Assembly: GCA_902774035.1 (NCBI GenBank)
Contig: CACYHA010000016.1
Span: 798-64,797, forward strand
Reading direction: 5' to 3'
From: Oscillospiraceae bacterium
Lineage (GTDB): Bacteria; Bacillota; Clostridia; Oscillospirales; Acutalibacteraceae
DNA: 64,000 nucleotides
Shown here: positions 1 to 9,389 of the stretch, piece by piece
How positions within the stretch are numbered: position 1 is the first letter of the stretch
Layout of the letters: each line of letters opens with the position of its first letter
Notes under the pieces: model-generated
Told to the model about the DNA's origin: nothing
Database searches by the model: none
The model's input: the letters and a program-made list of their open reading frames with translations, nothing else
Translations under genes and position numbers: made by a program

Positions 1-39
1 CCTCCTCCTTGTATTATAGAGTAGTAGTGTTTATAGACC

Positions 40-246
40 CTCTCCAAGGTCTGTGCTACAATGCAGAGGATGCTGTGGATTGGTGTGTGGCTCCTACCGC
101 ATAGACGGTTCCAGAAAGGCTCCAACCACAGCCCTTTGCAAAATTGTTAATCAGTTAGATACCGCCAGACGGTTTATATGGAACAAGGTTACATTGCAAA
201 GTGTCCTGTGGACGCAGCATCATAAATCATCTTTGGAGGTATCATC
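40..246 (+). ncRNA. Candidate IS110 bridge (guide) RNA region in the left non-coding end
   Basis: Position upstream of the recombinase matches published IS110 bridge RNAs. A stem GCTGTGGATTGG (72-83) pairs with CCAACCACAGC (122-132). Exact ends not determinable by eye. Confidence 0.3.
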
Positions 247-1425
247 ATGGTTTGCGTTGGAATTGATGTGGCAAAGGACAAGCATGACTGCTTCATCCTC
301 AGTTCAGAAGGTGAAGTGCTGGCCGACGTCTTTACAATCGAGAACAACCGGGAAGGTTTCGACACACTGCTGCAACAAATTCGATCCTGCACCGGTCCAA
401 CAGACAAAATAAAGGTAGGGCTTGAGGCTACCGGACACTACAGCTACAACATCCTCGGGTTTCTTCTCGAGAAAGGGATGCCGCCCTATCTCATTAACCC
501 GCTGCACACCAATCTCTACCGTAAGAGTCTCAGCCTTCGACAAACCAAGACAGACCGTATCGATGCGCGAACGATTGCAACTATGCTCATGTCTGATGTG
601 GACCTCAAGTCCTACACAGACACAGCATACCACAACGAAGAGCTAAAGTCACTAACAAGATATCGTTTTGACAAAGTTTCTGAGAGAGCCAAACTCAAAC
701 AGTCTGTCTCCCGCTTGGTCGTTATTCTGTTTCCGGAACTCGAAAAGCTCGTGCCGTCGCTGCATTTGGCGTCTGTTTACGCTATGCTCAGCCAGTTCCC
801 CAGTGCAAAGCAGATTGCACAGGCGCATCTGACACACTTTAAAGCTGTTCTGTCTGAAGCGTCCAAAGGCCGGTATGAGCGAGAGAAAGCTGTTGAGATT
901 CGTGACGCTGCCAGACGATCTGTCGGCTCCGTCATGCCTGCTAAGTCCCTGGAACTCCGGCACACCATTTGCCTAATTCAGGAACTGGACAAGGAGATTG
1001 AGGAAGTCGAAGCAGAGATCTTTGCTATCCTTGACACAGTGCAGTCTCCTATTACCACGATCCCCGGCATGGGGCCGCGCATGGGAGCGATGATTCTGGC
1101 CGAGGTCGGTGACTTCTCTCGGTTCGATTCGCCGGACAAGCTCTTGGCCTATGCTGGCCTTTCTCCATCTACCTACCAATCCGGCAAGCTCAACGCTACC
1201 GGCGCTTACGCCCACATGGAAAAGCGAGGCTCGCGTTATCTTCGGTATGCCATCTTTAACGCCACAAAGTACGTTTGCATTTGGGACCCGACATTCAAGG
1301 CTTACCTTGCCCAGAAGCGAGCCGAGGGCAAGCACTACAACGTCGCAATCTCTCACGCAGCCAAGAAGCTCGTGCGCTTGATCTACGCCATGCAGCGAAC
1401 CGGCAAGCCATACCTGCCTGCCTAA
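247..1425 (+). CDS. IS110 family transposase (DEDD recombinase)
   Basis: 392 aa. N-terminus MVCVGIDVAKDKHDCFIL and the C-terminal PGMGPRMGAMILAEVGD..YAGLSPSTYQSGK block are typical of IS110/IS1111 transposases. GGAGG RBS at 235-239. Confidence 0.95.
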   Translation: MVCVGIDVAKDKHDCFILSSEGEVLADVFTIENNREGFDTLLQQIRSCTGPTDKIKVGLEATGHYSYNILGFLLEKGMPPYLINPLHTNLYRKSLSLRQTKTDRIDARTIATMLMSDVDLKSYTDTAYHNEELKSLTRYRFDKVSERAKLKQSVSRLVVILFPELEKLVPSLHLASVYAMLSQFPSAKQIAQAHLTHFKAVLSEASKGRYEREKAVEIRDAARRSVGSVMPAKSLELRHTICLIQELDKEIEEVEAEIFAILDTVQSPITTIPGMGPRMGAMILAEVGDFSRFDSPDKLLAYAGLSPSTYQSGKLNATGAYAHMEKRGSRYLRYAIFNATKYVCIWDPTFKAYLAQKRAEGKHYNVAISHAAKKLVRLIYAMQRTGKPYLPA

Positions 1426-1529
1426 CTCTTTGCCCCTTACCGCCCTGGCGTCCGGAAGGACGTCTGTTTCGATGCGTCCTGTTGCACCATTCACCAATTC
1501 AAAACTTTTCTGCGTTTTGGGCTTGACTT

Positions 1530-1649
1530 TTAATAGTTAGTCTTGTATTTGTACGGGTCGCGGGAGACGGAAATCAGTGAGATCGTGATGGAAACGGATA
1601 CAAAGAAAACCAGAACCACGATGAACACAATCTTTTGCCACGTTTTCAA
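1530..1649 (-). CDS. Small hydrophobic ORF (39 aa, TTG start), 3' end possibly replaced by the IS110 insertion
   Basis: LKTWQKIVFIVVLVFFVSVSITISLISVSRDPYKYKTNY contains one clear TM helix. AAAGGA lies about 10 nt upstream. The last 4 codons lie inside the inferred IS right end. Confidence 0.25.
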   Translation of the reverse strand: MKTWQKIVFIVVLVFFVSVSITISLISVSRDPYKYKTNY

Positions 1650-1859
1650 AACTATCTCATCCTTTCTCAATGGAACTGTCAACAGTATATCATAAAAAGG
1701 AAAAAAAGGGAAGTATAAAAGTATAAAAACGGATCTGCTTCTACAGGCGGATTCGTTTTTTCTTTTTCAGATTAACAAACTAAAAGCATTCCGAAAGCGT
1801 CTTTGAAACGTTCGGGCGCTACTATGTGTAGGTGCATTGTATGACGCAGCGCGATTTGT

Positions 1860-2303
1860 TCAGGTTGCAAAAGCAGAAAGCGCAGATGCGTTCAGTGAAA
1901 AAAGCAGTTCCACAATCTCGGCGACGGTTGCGGCATAATCGGAACGGATCCACTGCGTAATCATCCCGAAGCTGCCGTTCAGCAGATAGGAATAAATAAA
2001 CTGCTGCTTTTCCGCGTCCGTCTGTACCTGCAAATATTCAAAAAGCTGTAAAAACGAAAGCTGAATAGATCAATAACAGTCAAGGGGATTGGATACATTA
2101 CTTGTGTCTGGAAAGACACGACAGGTGAGCACCCGGTTGAGATGAGGGTGATCATAGGCGGTAAAGGATGAATGCTGTGTCCGATAGATCGTCCAATAAA
2201 AGACTGTCTGCCGCTCTGAAAACAGGACGGCAGACAAGCTATTCAGTTTTGGCATTCTTAGCAGAGTACTTTGTCGAGCGGCGGTGTGTACCAGTTTCAT
2301 CAC
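1860..2303 (-). pseudogene. Degraded TetR-family regulator with an in-frame stop at 2070-2072
   Basis: Upstream part has ..SERQTVFYW.., resembling the TetR HTH end R-x-TFY. After one TGA the same frame continues ..YSYLLNGSFGMITQWIRSDYAATVAEIVELL.., a TetR_C-like tail. Total length is short for TetR. Confidence 0.35.
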
Positions 2304-2513
2304 GTATTATCTGCCTATATAAAAATGTAACAGGATTGCTTTCATTTGATTTTTCGAGAAAAGATTTCATTTTGCGGTTTGTTTTATCATGCGGGAATGA
2401 TGACGTAGATTTTTTTGATGCACTTGAAAAACCGGTGGTTTGGTGTATAATAAAGACACATCATCCTGCTGCAAAAGGGCAATGGGGCAACCACGGAAAG
2501 GAAAGAATCACAA

Positions 2514-3575
2514 ATGCATATTGAAGAAATCGACAAAAGCTTTATCGTAACTGCGCCGGATGAAACGGAAACCGTGTTTTTTGACGTCGCGCAGCCGCCG
2601 TTCACGGTGCACGGCCTGCTGCGGGATGAAGAAGGGTATTACCGGATTCCGCACGCGCTGGCCGCCGCGACCAACATCGGCGTTCAGTTTCTGAGCCTGA
2701 ACACAGCGGGTGGGCGCGTCCGCTTTCGGACAGACGCAGATCGGGTGATTCTGCGTGCCGCAATGCGCTGCGTAACCCGAATGCCGCATTTTGCGTTCAC
2801 CGGCAGCGCCGGTTTTGACCTTTACGCCGACGACGTTTACCGCGGAACCTTCATCCCGCCGATGGATCTGGAGAACGGGTACACGTCTGAGCTGGAACTC
2901 GGTTCCGGCGGCATGCGGGAAATCACTGTGCATTTTCCGCTTTACAGCGGCGTCACGCGGCTTGAACTCGGCTTTCCGGCGGGCAGTACGCTGGGCAGGG
3001 CGTCCGCCTATCGGACGGCGGTGCCGGTGGTGTACTACGGTTCCTCCATCACGCAGGGAGGATGCGCGTCCCGCCCGGGCAACGCCTATCAAAACATCCT
3101 TTCGCGGCTTCTGTCCTGCGACCACCTGAATCTTGGCTTTTCCGGCAGCGCGCGGGGAGAGGCCTGCTTAGCGCAATACATCGCCGGACTCTCTATGTCC
3201 GCTTTCGTGCTGGACTATGACCACAACGCGCCCGACCCGGCGCACCTTGAGGCGACTCACGCGGCGTTTTTCCGTATTGTCCGCGAAAAGCAGCCGACGC
3301 TTCCGGTGCTTTTGCTTTCGCGCCCGCAGCCGAATCCGAACGAAGAAGAACTGCTTCGCCGCGATATCGTTCGGCGGACGTGGGAAGCGGCGGTGAAGGC
3401 CGGAGATCAGAACGTTATATTTTTCGACGGCACAGAGATGCTGCGCCTTTTCGGCGGCGATTCCGGTACCGTGGACAACTGCCACCCGAACGACCTCGGC
3501 TTTTACTGCATGGCGAAGACCCTGGAACCGGCTCTGAAAGCCGCTTTGCAAAAGCAATCACAGAGAAAACAATAA
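2514..3575 (+). CDS. SGNH/GDSL-type hydrolase (esterase or deacetylase-like)
   Basis: 353 aa. Block I YYGSSITQGG and block V DNCHPND motifs of the SGNH fold. RBS GGAAAGGAAAG upstream. Confidence 0.8.
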   Translation: MHIEEIDKSFIVTAPDETETVFFDVAQPPFTVHGLLRDEEGYYRIPHALAAATNIGVQFLSLNTAGGRVRFRTDADRVILRAAMRCVTRMPHFAFTGSAGFDLYADDVYRGTFIPPMDLENGYTSELELGSGGMREITVHFPLYSGVTRLELGFPAGSTLGRASAYRTAVPVVYYGSSITQGGCASRPGNAYQNILSRLLSCDHLNLGFSGSARGEACLAQYIAGLSMSAFVLDYDHNAPDPAHLEATHAAFFRIVREKQPTLPVLLLSRPQPNPNEEELLRRDIVRRTWEAAVKAGDQNVIFFDGTEMLRLFGGDSGTVDNCHPNDLGFYCMAKTLEPALKAALQKQSQRKQ

Positions 3576-3590
3576 CAAACGAAAAAAGGA

Positions 3591-5039
3591 ATGAGAATCA
3601 TCGCTATGCGTCCGCAAATCATAAATATCATCAATTTTATCAGAGCTGTTGAGCCCAGAGAGCCGGTTGATCTTCTTACGCCTGTGAAAAAGCAGGCTGA
3701 ACTGATGCAGAAGTACAAACTCAGAGGCACGTTTCTGCTGCAGTATGACGCGTTGATCAGCCCTGCATTCACGGATTTTCTAAAGACGCTTGATCCGGCG
3801 CAGTTTGAATTCGGCGTCTGGTTTGAAGTGGTGCAGCCACTGTGTGAAGCGGTCGGTGAAACATGGACTGGCCGATTTTCCTGGGATTGGCACGCGCAGC
3901 ACGATCTGCCGCAGGGATACGCTCCCGAGGCAAGAATCAAAATGACCGACTGCCTTTTTGGCAAATTCAAAGAAGTATTCGGCAGTTATCCGCGCGTGAT
4001 GGGCGCATGGGTGCTTGACACAATCTGTATCAATCACGCCGACGGGCAATACGGCCTTGACGCTCTGTGCTGCTGTAAAGAGCAATTCGGCACGGACGGC
4101 TACACGCTTTGGGGCGGTTACTACGGCCAGGGCTATTATCCCTCAAAAAAGAATTTCTTTGTTCCTGCGGCAACAAAAGAAAACCAGCTCTCCGTTCCCA
4201 TTTTCAGAATGCTTGGCTCAGATCCTGTTTATCAGTATGATTTCGGGCGCAATGTTGACGGCCAGTATGACACCATGCAGGGCGTGATCACCCTGGAGCC
4301 CGCAAGCGGAAACGGCGGCTACAACCCAGCCTGGGTGGATTGGTACCTGCGCGAGAATTACAACGGAGAATGTCTCTCTTTCGGTTATGCGCAGGCCGGT
4401 CAGGAGAACTCCTTCGGCTGGGAAGGCATGGCAAGCGGTCTCGAATACCAGTTCAGGAGATTTGAAGAACTCAGCCGACAGGGGAAATTAGAAATGCTGA
4501 CGCTCGGCGAAACCGGCAGAAGATTCTCGGCTGCATATGAAATTACGCCCGCATCCGCAATTTCAGTGCACACCGCGTGGGACGACGGCGGCAAATGCTC
4601 TTTCTGGTACAGCTCCCGTTATTACAGAATCAATGTTTTTTCGGATGAAAACGGGATCAGGATCAGAGATGTCTACAAATTCAATGAAGATTCCGCCGAC
4701 CCTTATCTCACAAAAATCTGCAATACAGACGACATCATATATGAAACCGACCGTGTGCTTGACGGCAACCGGCAGTCCGGAAACGGTGTGCTCGCCGGCA
4801 TCTATCCGCTCTGCGCACGTACCGGCGAACCGTTTCACGGAAACGACTATGTGTTCACAGACCTCGGAAACGGCGTATGCGAAATCGCTTTTGATGCGCT
4901 TGTTTTCCGATTCGCCCCCGAAAGCTGTTCCGTAAGCCATCCGGACGGCGTGCAGCTGAAAAAGGCGGTTGGCAGAGCGGGCGGAACGCCGGATGCGGAA
5001 AGCCCGGTCAGATCGGTTCCGTATCGCGGCAGAACGTGA
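3591..5039 (+). CDS. Hypothetical protein, family not recognised (possibly carbohydrate-active)
   Basis: 482-aa ORF immediately after the SGNH gene (15-nt gap). Protein-like composition. The antisense frames contain only short ORFs. Confidence 0.65.
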   Translation: MRIIAMRPQIINIINFIRAVEPREPVDLLTPVKKQAELMQKYKLRGTFLLQYDALISPAFTDFLKTLDPAQFEFGVWFEVVQPLCEAVGETWTGRFSWDWHAQHDLPQGYAPEARIKMTDCLFGKFKEVFGSYPRVMGAWVLDTICINHADGQYGLDALCCCKEQFGTDGYTLWGGYYGQGYYPSKKNFFVPAATKENQLSVPIFRMLGSDPVYQYDFGRNVDGQYDTMQGVITLEPASGNGGYNPAWVDWYLRENYNGECLSFGYAQAGQENSFGWEGMASGLEYQFRRFEELSRQGKLEMLTLGETGRRFSAAYEITPASAISVHTAWDDGGKCSFWYSSRYYRINVFSDENGIRIRDVYKFNEDSADPYLTKICNTDDIIYETDRVLDGNRQSGNGVLAGIYPLCARTGEPFHGNDYVFTDLGNGVCEIAFDALVFRFAPESCSVSHPDGVQLKKAVGRAGGTPDAESPVRSVPYRGRT

Positions 5040-5420
5040 GTATAAAAACGATAAAAGCAGAAACCTCTTTTGTCTGCCATGAAGGTATTAATATTCCTTC
5101 AATCAAGAGTGCGCTTATTCTCTCAAGTAACGATAATTATCGTGAATTTGTTCAAAGGCGAGGTAGAATACTACGCCTTTACGATGATGGAGTTACAAAA
5201 AAAGATAAAGCAAATATATATGATGTAATCGTATTGCCTTCGCATGCAAATAACTCACGCCCGAGAAGAAATGGAAAAAAGTGTTAAAAATACACTTAAT
5301 GAATGTGTGCGAGAAACATTTTGCAAGCTTACTACTCAGGGTGACGTCTGTCAGACTCGACCAGTGGTAAAACGCCCAAACTGTTTCAATATTTACATTG
5401 ATAAGATCGATGGCATCGAC
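5036..5420 (+). pseudogene. Remnant of a superfamily-2 helicase / restriction-enzyme res-subunit C-terminus
   Basis: ..CHEGINIPSIKSALILSS..FVQRRGRILRL.. matches helicase motifs V and VI but there is no N-terminal half. The frame breaks near 5250. The patch is visibly AT-rich compared with its flanks. Confidence 0.5.
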
Positions 5421-5427
5421 GTAAAAG

Positions 5428-5456
5428 AGCCGCGATTCCGATCGGATCGCGGCTGC
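5428..5456 (-). terminator. Hairpin ending the minus-strand cooC-to-dehydratase operon
   Basis: AGCCGCGAT-N9-ATCGCGGCT stem followed on the minus strand by CTTTT, 19 nt after the stop of the 59-aa ORF. Confidence 0.55.
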
Positions 5457-5474
5457 CGTTGTTTTTTCGGGTGC

Positions 5475-5654
5475 TCAGAACCGTCTGTCCCGCGGAACGC
5501 GGTCGGTGATTTTGTTCAGGATCCTGTGAAGCACGAACATGAACTTGTTGTCCAGATTCAGCCAGTAGACTGCCTGAATCGCGCCGAAGACGAGAGCGGC
5601 GAGGCCGAGCAGAACGCCGGCGGGTTTGCAGATGAGAAGAATCGCTTTTTTCAT
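5475..5654 (-). CDS. 59-aa membrane peptide, last gene of the operon (below the ORF-track cutoff)
   Basis: MKKAILLICKPAGVLLGLAALVFGAIQAVYWLNLDNKFMFVLHRILNKITDRVPRDRRF. AAGGAGG RBS 7 nt upstream overlaps the stop of the preceding gene. Confidence 0.65.
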   Translation of the reverse strand: MKKAILLICKPAGVLLGLAALVFGAIQAVYWLNLDNKFMFVLHRILNKITDRVPRDRRF

Positions 5655-5666
5655 ACCCGTGCCTCC

Positions 5667-7205
5667 TTACCAGCCCTTGGAATCGTCGAATTCGAGAAGC
5701 GAAGCGTCCAGCGGCTGTTCGTTCATCACCGTGAACATAAAGTCGTTGAACTGCTTACGCATTTCGCTGCGTGGGATCGACCGCGGATCGATCAGGTCGT
5801 GTGCGATCCATACCAGCGGGATACCCTTTTCGTTCGCGGTATCCTGAATGATCCCGGTCATGGTCTTGCTGCCCTTGCAGGTGATGTCGTCGTAGTAGAC
5901 GATCATATCGCAATTGAAGCGCTCGTATTCCTCAAACAGCTCCAGCATATTTTCGTAGCCGCCCACAAGGTGCCGCCGCATAATGGCCTGCTCCCAGAGC
6001 TGCGCCACGCCCCACAGAGCCTCTTCCTTATCGTTTTCGTCGATATATTCATGGTGGCTCATATTGTTGAGCACGCACACGGTGTTCACGCCCCAGCACT
6101 CATACATCCAGGTGGAAAAGTGCATATAATAGGAACTCGGCGCGCCGCACACCAGCGTGCGGTGGCGGGTTTTCGGGCGGACGTTAATCTTTTCTTTCAC
6201 ACACTTTTCGCAGATGGCCAGCATCTCGCGGCCGATTTTCGCGCAGTTTTCGTTGAGGCCGCTGGAGAACGAGAGCTGGAACGAACGGTACAGCAGGTTC
6301 GGCACGCTCGGCACCGGATAATAAGGGGATTTTGCAAGCTCCCATAATTCGTGCTGGATGCGCGTCTCCTCGTTATACTGCCGGACCGTTTTGAAGAACG
6401 CGTCCCAGTCGAAGGTCTCGCCCGTGCAGTCCTCAATGAATCTGATCACTTCTTTTACGTGCGCGATCGCGTATTCGCGGGTGTCCTCATCCTTCCAGCG
6501 CATCGGCGTGCAGCCCTGAATGGAGGGCACCTTCAGCCGTCGCTCCACCACCGAGGAATTCATCACCGAGGAATCGCAGGGCGCGTTGCTGGTAACAAGG
6601 CAAGCGCCGTAATACGGGAGCTGGTCGTCGATTGCCACGCCGCACACCACGCTGGAGTTGCGGCAGGAATCCGACGGCAGGCCGTAGGAATCGATGATAT
6701 CAGTAAAATAATGCCCGGCGTGCTGGTCGTTGGCGGTGGCGAGGATGCCGAAGTAGGGCTCCTCCACCGCGTTCGTCAGGTTCGGGAAACCGCCGATCAA
6801 TATCGGGGAGGCGTCCTGCTCGAAGATGACCATCTTTTCGGCGTATTCGTTTTTGCCGAAGCGCTCGTCCGCCCGGATGATTTTTATAAGCGCCTCCACG
6901 TTGCTTTTCAGCAGGAACTGCATATATTTGTGGGCGATCAGAAGCGCCTCGCCGTGCGCGTCGTCGATGGTGCGGTCCACCATGCTGCCGCTGCCGAGGT
7001 ACGGCGCGAGCCAGTGGTAGTACGTAAGCGCCTTGAAAGCCCGCACGGGATCGGCTTTGATCAGCTCGCCGCTGATCTTTTTCTCCGTCAGCCATTCGCG
7101 GAAATCCACCCACGAATCCTTAAAGCCGCGCCATTTGCGCCAGCGGGCGAGCTCGTAGCCGTTGTAAAAGCGTCTGCGCGTGTTTTTTGCTTTTTTCTCC
7201 GCCAT
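5667..7205 (-). CDS. 2-hydroxyacyl-CoA dehydratase / benzoyl-CoA reductase family subunit (large, 512 aa)
   Basis: HgdA/BcrC/BadD-like sequence with many conserved Cys. 3-nt gap to the partner subunit. N-terminal extension of about 120 aa. Confidence 0.8.
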   Translation of the reverse strand: MAEKKAKNTRRRFYNGYELARWRKWRGFKDSWVDFREWLTEKKISGELIKADPVRAFKALTYYHWLAPYLGSGSMVDRTIDDAHGEALLIAHKYMQFLLKSNVEALIKIIRADERFGKNEYAEKMVIFEQDASPILIGGFPNLTNAVEEPYFGILATANDQHAGHYFTDIIDSYGLPSDSCRNSSVVCGVAIDDQLPYYGACLVTSNAPCDSSVMNSSVVERRLKVPSIQGCTPMRWKDEDTREYAIAHVKEVIRFIEDCTGETFDWDAFFKTVRQYNEETRIQHELWELAKSPYYPVPSVPNLLYRSFQLSFSSGLNENCAKIGREMLAICEKCVKEKINVRPKTRHRTLVCGAPSSYYMHFSTWMYECWGVNTVCVLNNMSHHEYIDENDKEEALWGVAQLWEQAIMRRHLVGGYENMLELFEEYERFNCDMIVYYDDITCKGSKTMTGIIQDTANEKGIPLVWIAHDLIDPRSIPRSEMRKQFNDFMFTVMNEQPLDASLLEFDDSKGW

Positions 7206-7208
7206 GAC

Positions 7209-8402
7209 TCAGCCCTCCTTTGCCAGCTTCTTGATCTCAAGCGACTCCGTGAACGCCTGAAAACGGGTGCGCAGCTGCCCCACGGAGGTGTTTACGTATT
7301 CTTTTTCGATGCCAATGCACGGCAGGCCGTATTCCTCTTCCATCACGTGCTGGCAGTACATGCGCTCGTATTCCCAGTATTCGCAGAACTTCATCTGCTG
7401 CACGATCAGACCGTCGGCGTGATATTCTTCGGCAAGCTGTTTCAGATACGCCTTTCTGCCGTGCACCTTTTCGGGGTTCATGAAGCGCGGGCACTGGTTG
7501 GTCTCAATGTAATGGCGGGCGACGGCCGAAAGCGGCGTTTCGCCTTCTCTGATTTCGATCTCTTCTCTGCCCGGCAGCGAGCCGAAGCAGTAGCGGTCCG
7601 CAACGACGAACGCCCCCGCGTCCTCGATCAGTTTCGTGAATTCTGGATCGTCGTTCTCGCCGCCGGCAAGCACAACGCGCACGCGGTACCACGGCTTTTC
7701 GTCCGGCTTTCTCATTTTCAGTTCTTCCAGCGTCTCTTTGAGATACGGCAATATAAGGTCGTGCGGGCAGCACTCGCTCACGAGCTCGATCAAGTGGAAC
7801 TCATACCCCGTGAGCGGCGGGTTTTCAAGTTTGCGGTACGCGCCGATCTCGCTGACGACCCGGCACAGTTCGTTGTGCTTCTCGATCGCCGAACGCAGCG
7901 CTTCATCGGAGACGTCCGTACCGTATACCTCGCTGAGTTTCGTAAGAACGTGGTTTCTCAGCTGGCGCTCATAGTGCTTCAGCGCGTAATCCTTCGTCAC
8001 GAACGGCGAGTCGATATGGCTCACGAAGAAGTTTTCATTACAGTCCCTCACAAGGTTCAGCATCTCGAAATGCTCGTGGGCGCGGTGCATCATGCCGCAG
8101 GTCTCGGTGGAGATCAGCGCGTCGAAGAAGTTATAGCCGCCCTCGATCGCGCGCTCCAGAAGGCTCCGGGAATACATACAGGTCTTCTCGCTCATGTAGT
8201 AGGTGGCGATGGAGATGTCCGTGATGCCCGGCGCGCGCATACGCACCGAGAAGCAGCCGTCGAGGTTCAGAAGCACTTCGGGCACGTAATAGCAGGAGTA
8301 ACCCAACGCCTTCTTCCCTTCGGCGAGCGCTTCGTCTACGAGTTCGTTTTTGACGTCGCCGAGCAGGCGCTCGAAAAAAACGCGGTGTTTTAAGTCTCTC
8401 AC
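7209..8402 (-). CDS. 2-hydroxyacyl-CoA dehydratase family subunit (397 aa)
   Basis: HgdB/BcrB-like sequence (..ALGYSCYYVPEVLL.., ..RYCFGS.., ..QQMKFCEYW..). 4-nt overlap with the activase gene. Confidence 0.8.
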   Translation of the reverse strand: MRDLKHRVFFERLLGDVKNELVDEALAEGKKALGYSCYYVPEVLLNLDGCFSVRMRAPGITDISIATYYMSEKTCMYSRSLLERAIEGGYNFFDALISTETCGMMHRAHEHFEMLNLVRDCNENFFVSHIDSPFVTKDYALKHYERQLRNHVLTKLSEVYGTDVSDEALRSAIEKHNELCRVVSEIGAYRKLENPPLTGYEFHLIELVSECCPHDLILPYLKETLEELKMRKPDEKPWYRVRVVLAGGENDDPEFTKLIEDAGAFVVADRYCFGSLPGREEIEIREGETPLSAVARHYIETNQCPRFMNPEKVHGRKAYLKQLAEEYHADGLIVQQMKFCEYWEYERMYCQHVMEEEYGLPCIGIEKEYVNTSVGQLRTRFQAFTESLEIKKLAKEG

Positions 8403-9196
8403 GCTTTTGCGCCTCCCTTTCTTCTGGCAAATTCGGCGGCGCCCAGCGCCCCCATAAGCTGCGGGTCCACAGCCAGATCCGTCACCCTGATCTTCAGCAC
8501 CTTTTCAATGGCCTTTTTCAGTCCCTCGTTCTTTGCGCAGCCGCCGGTGAGTGTGATGCTGTTTACGGCTCCGGCTTTTTTTGCCATCACGAAACAGCGG
8601 CGTGCCACCGCCATCTGAATGCCGGCGGCGATCTCTTCGGGCGCTTTTCCCTCGCCCACCAGCGCGATCACCTCGGATTCGGCGAACACCGTGCACTGCG
8701 CCGTGATCGGGATCGCCGTTTTTGCTTTGAGCGAAAGTGCGGAAAACTCCTCAAGGCTCATCTCGAACGAGCGTGCCATCGCCTCATAGAACCGCCCGGT
8801 CCCGGCGGCGCATTTGTCGTTCATTGCAAAGTTCTTCACCGTGCCGTCGGGCGCCACCGCAATGCCCTTCACGTCCTGGCCGCCGATGTCGATGATGGCC
8901 TTCACCGTGGGATCAACTGTATGCACGCCCATCGCGTGACAAGAGATCTCGCTCACATTCTCGTCAGCAAACGGCACACGGTTTCGGCCGTAGCCGGTAC
9001 CGATGATATAGCTCAGGTCTTCGGTGCTTTTCAGCGCCGCGATCTGTGAGATGCAGTCTGCCATCGCCTTTTCGGAAGACTGCGCGGCGTTCATTTTGCT
9101 GCGCTGAATCGTGCTGGCAGCGATCTTTCCGGTCTCGTCCACGATCACGGCTTTGGTATAAGTGGAGCCTACGTCGCAGCCGCCGTAGTATTTCAT
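8399..9196 (-). CDS. BcrAD/BadFG-type ATPase, activase of 2-hydroxyacyl-CoA dehydratase-like enzymes
   Basis: MKYYGGCDVGSTYTKAVIVDE.. ASKHA fold. The two cluster-bridging Cys contexts NDKCAAGTG and AQCTVFAESE are present. Confidence 0.9.
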   Translation of the reverse strand: MKYYGGCDVGSTYTKAVIVDETGKIAASTIQRSKMNAAQSSEKAMADCISQIAALKSTEDLSYIIGTGYGRNRVPFADENVSEISCHAMGVHTVDPTVKAIIDIGGQDVKGIAVAPDGTVKNFAMNDKCAAGTGRFYEAMARSFEMSLEEFSALSLKAKTAIPITAQCTVFAESEVIALVGEGKAPEEIAAGIQMAVARRCFVMAKKAGAVNSITLTGGCAKNEGLKKAIEKVLKIRVTDLAVDPQLMGALGAAEFARRKGGAKA

Positions 9197-9387
9197 TCTG
9201 TTTCCCCCTCAACGAGTATGATGTTTTCAAGCAGGTCGATCTCAAGGATCCTGCCCGGAATACACGTTTTTTTGCCCATCAGATCGTAAACCACGACCTC
9301 GTTTTCGCCCGGGATCACCCGCGCGATGTTTTTGCAAAGGAACACGTTTTCTTCCGCGCCCTTTGTGTATACCGAAGACAAGCACAT
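9193..9387 (-). CDS. cooT: CooT-family nickel-binding protein
   Basis: 64 aa starting MC (Cys2). Length and beta-rich pattern (..VVVYDLMGKK..ILEIDLLENIILV) are like CooT. Confidence 0.7.
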   Translation of the reverse strand: MCLSSVYTKGAEENVFLCKNIARVIPGENEVVVYDLMGKKTCIPGRILEIDLLENIILVEGETE

Positions 9388-9389
9388 AT

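Larger units (their letters stand above)
8..1549 (+). mobile_element. IS110-family insertion sequence, about 1.5 kb, boundaries approximate
   Basis: Single IS110-type transposase ORF preceded by about 240 nt of non-coding left end. An 8-bp direct repeat CTTGTATT at 8-15 and 1542-1549 brackets the unit. No terminal inverted repeats seen, as is usual for IS110. Confidence 0.7.

Noticed and set aside
5244-8393. 367-aa (5244-6347) and 680-aa (6351-8393) plus-strand ORFs.
   Set aside because: They lie antisense to the two dehydratase-family subunits, whose family motifs and tight operon coupling support the minus strand.
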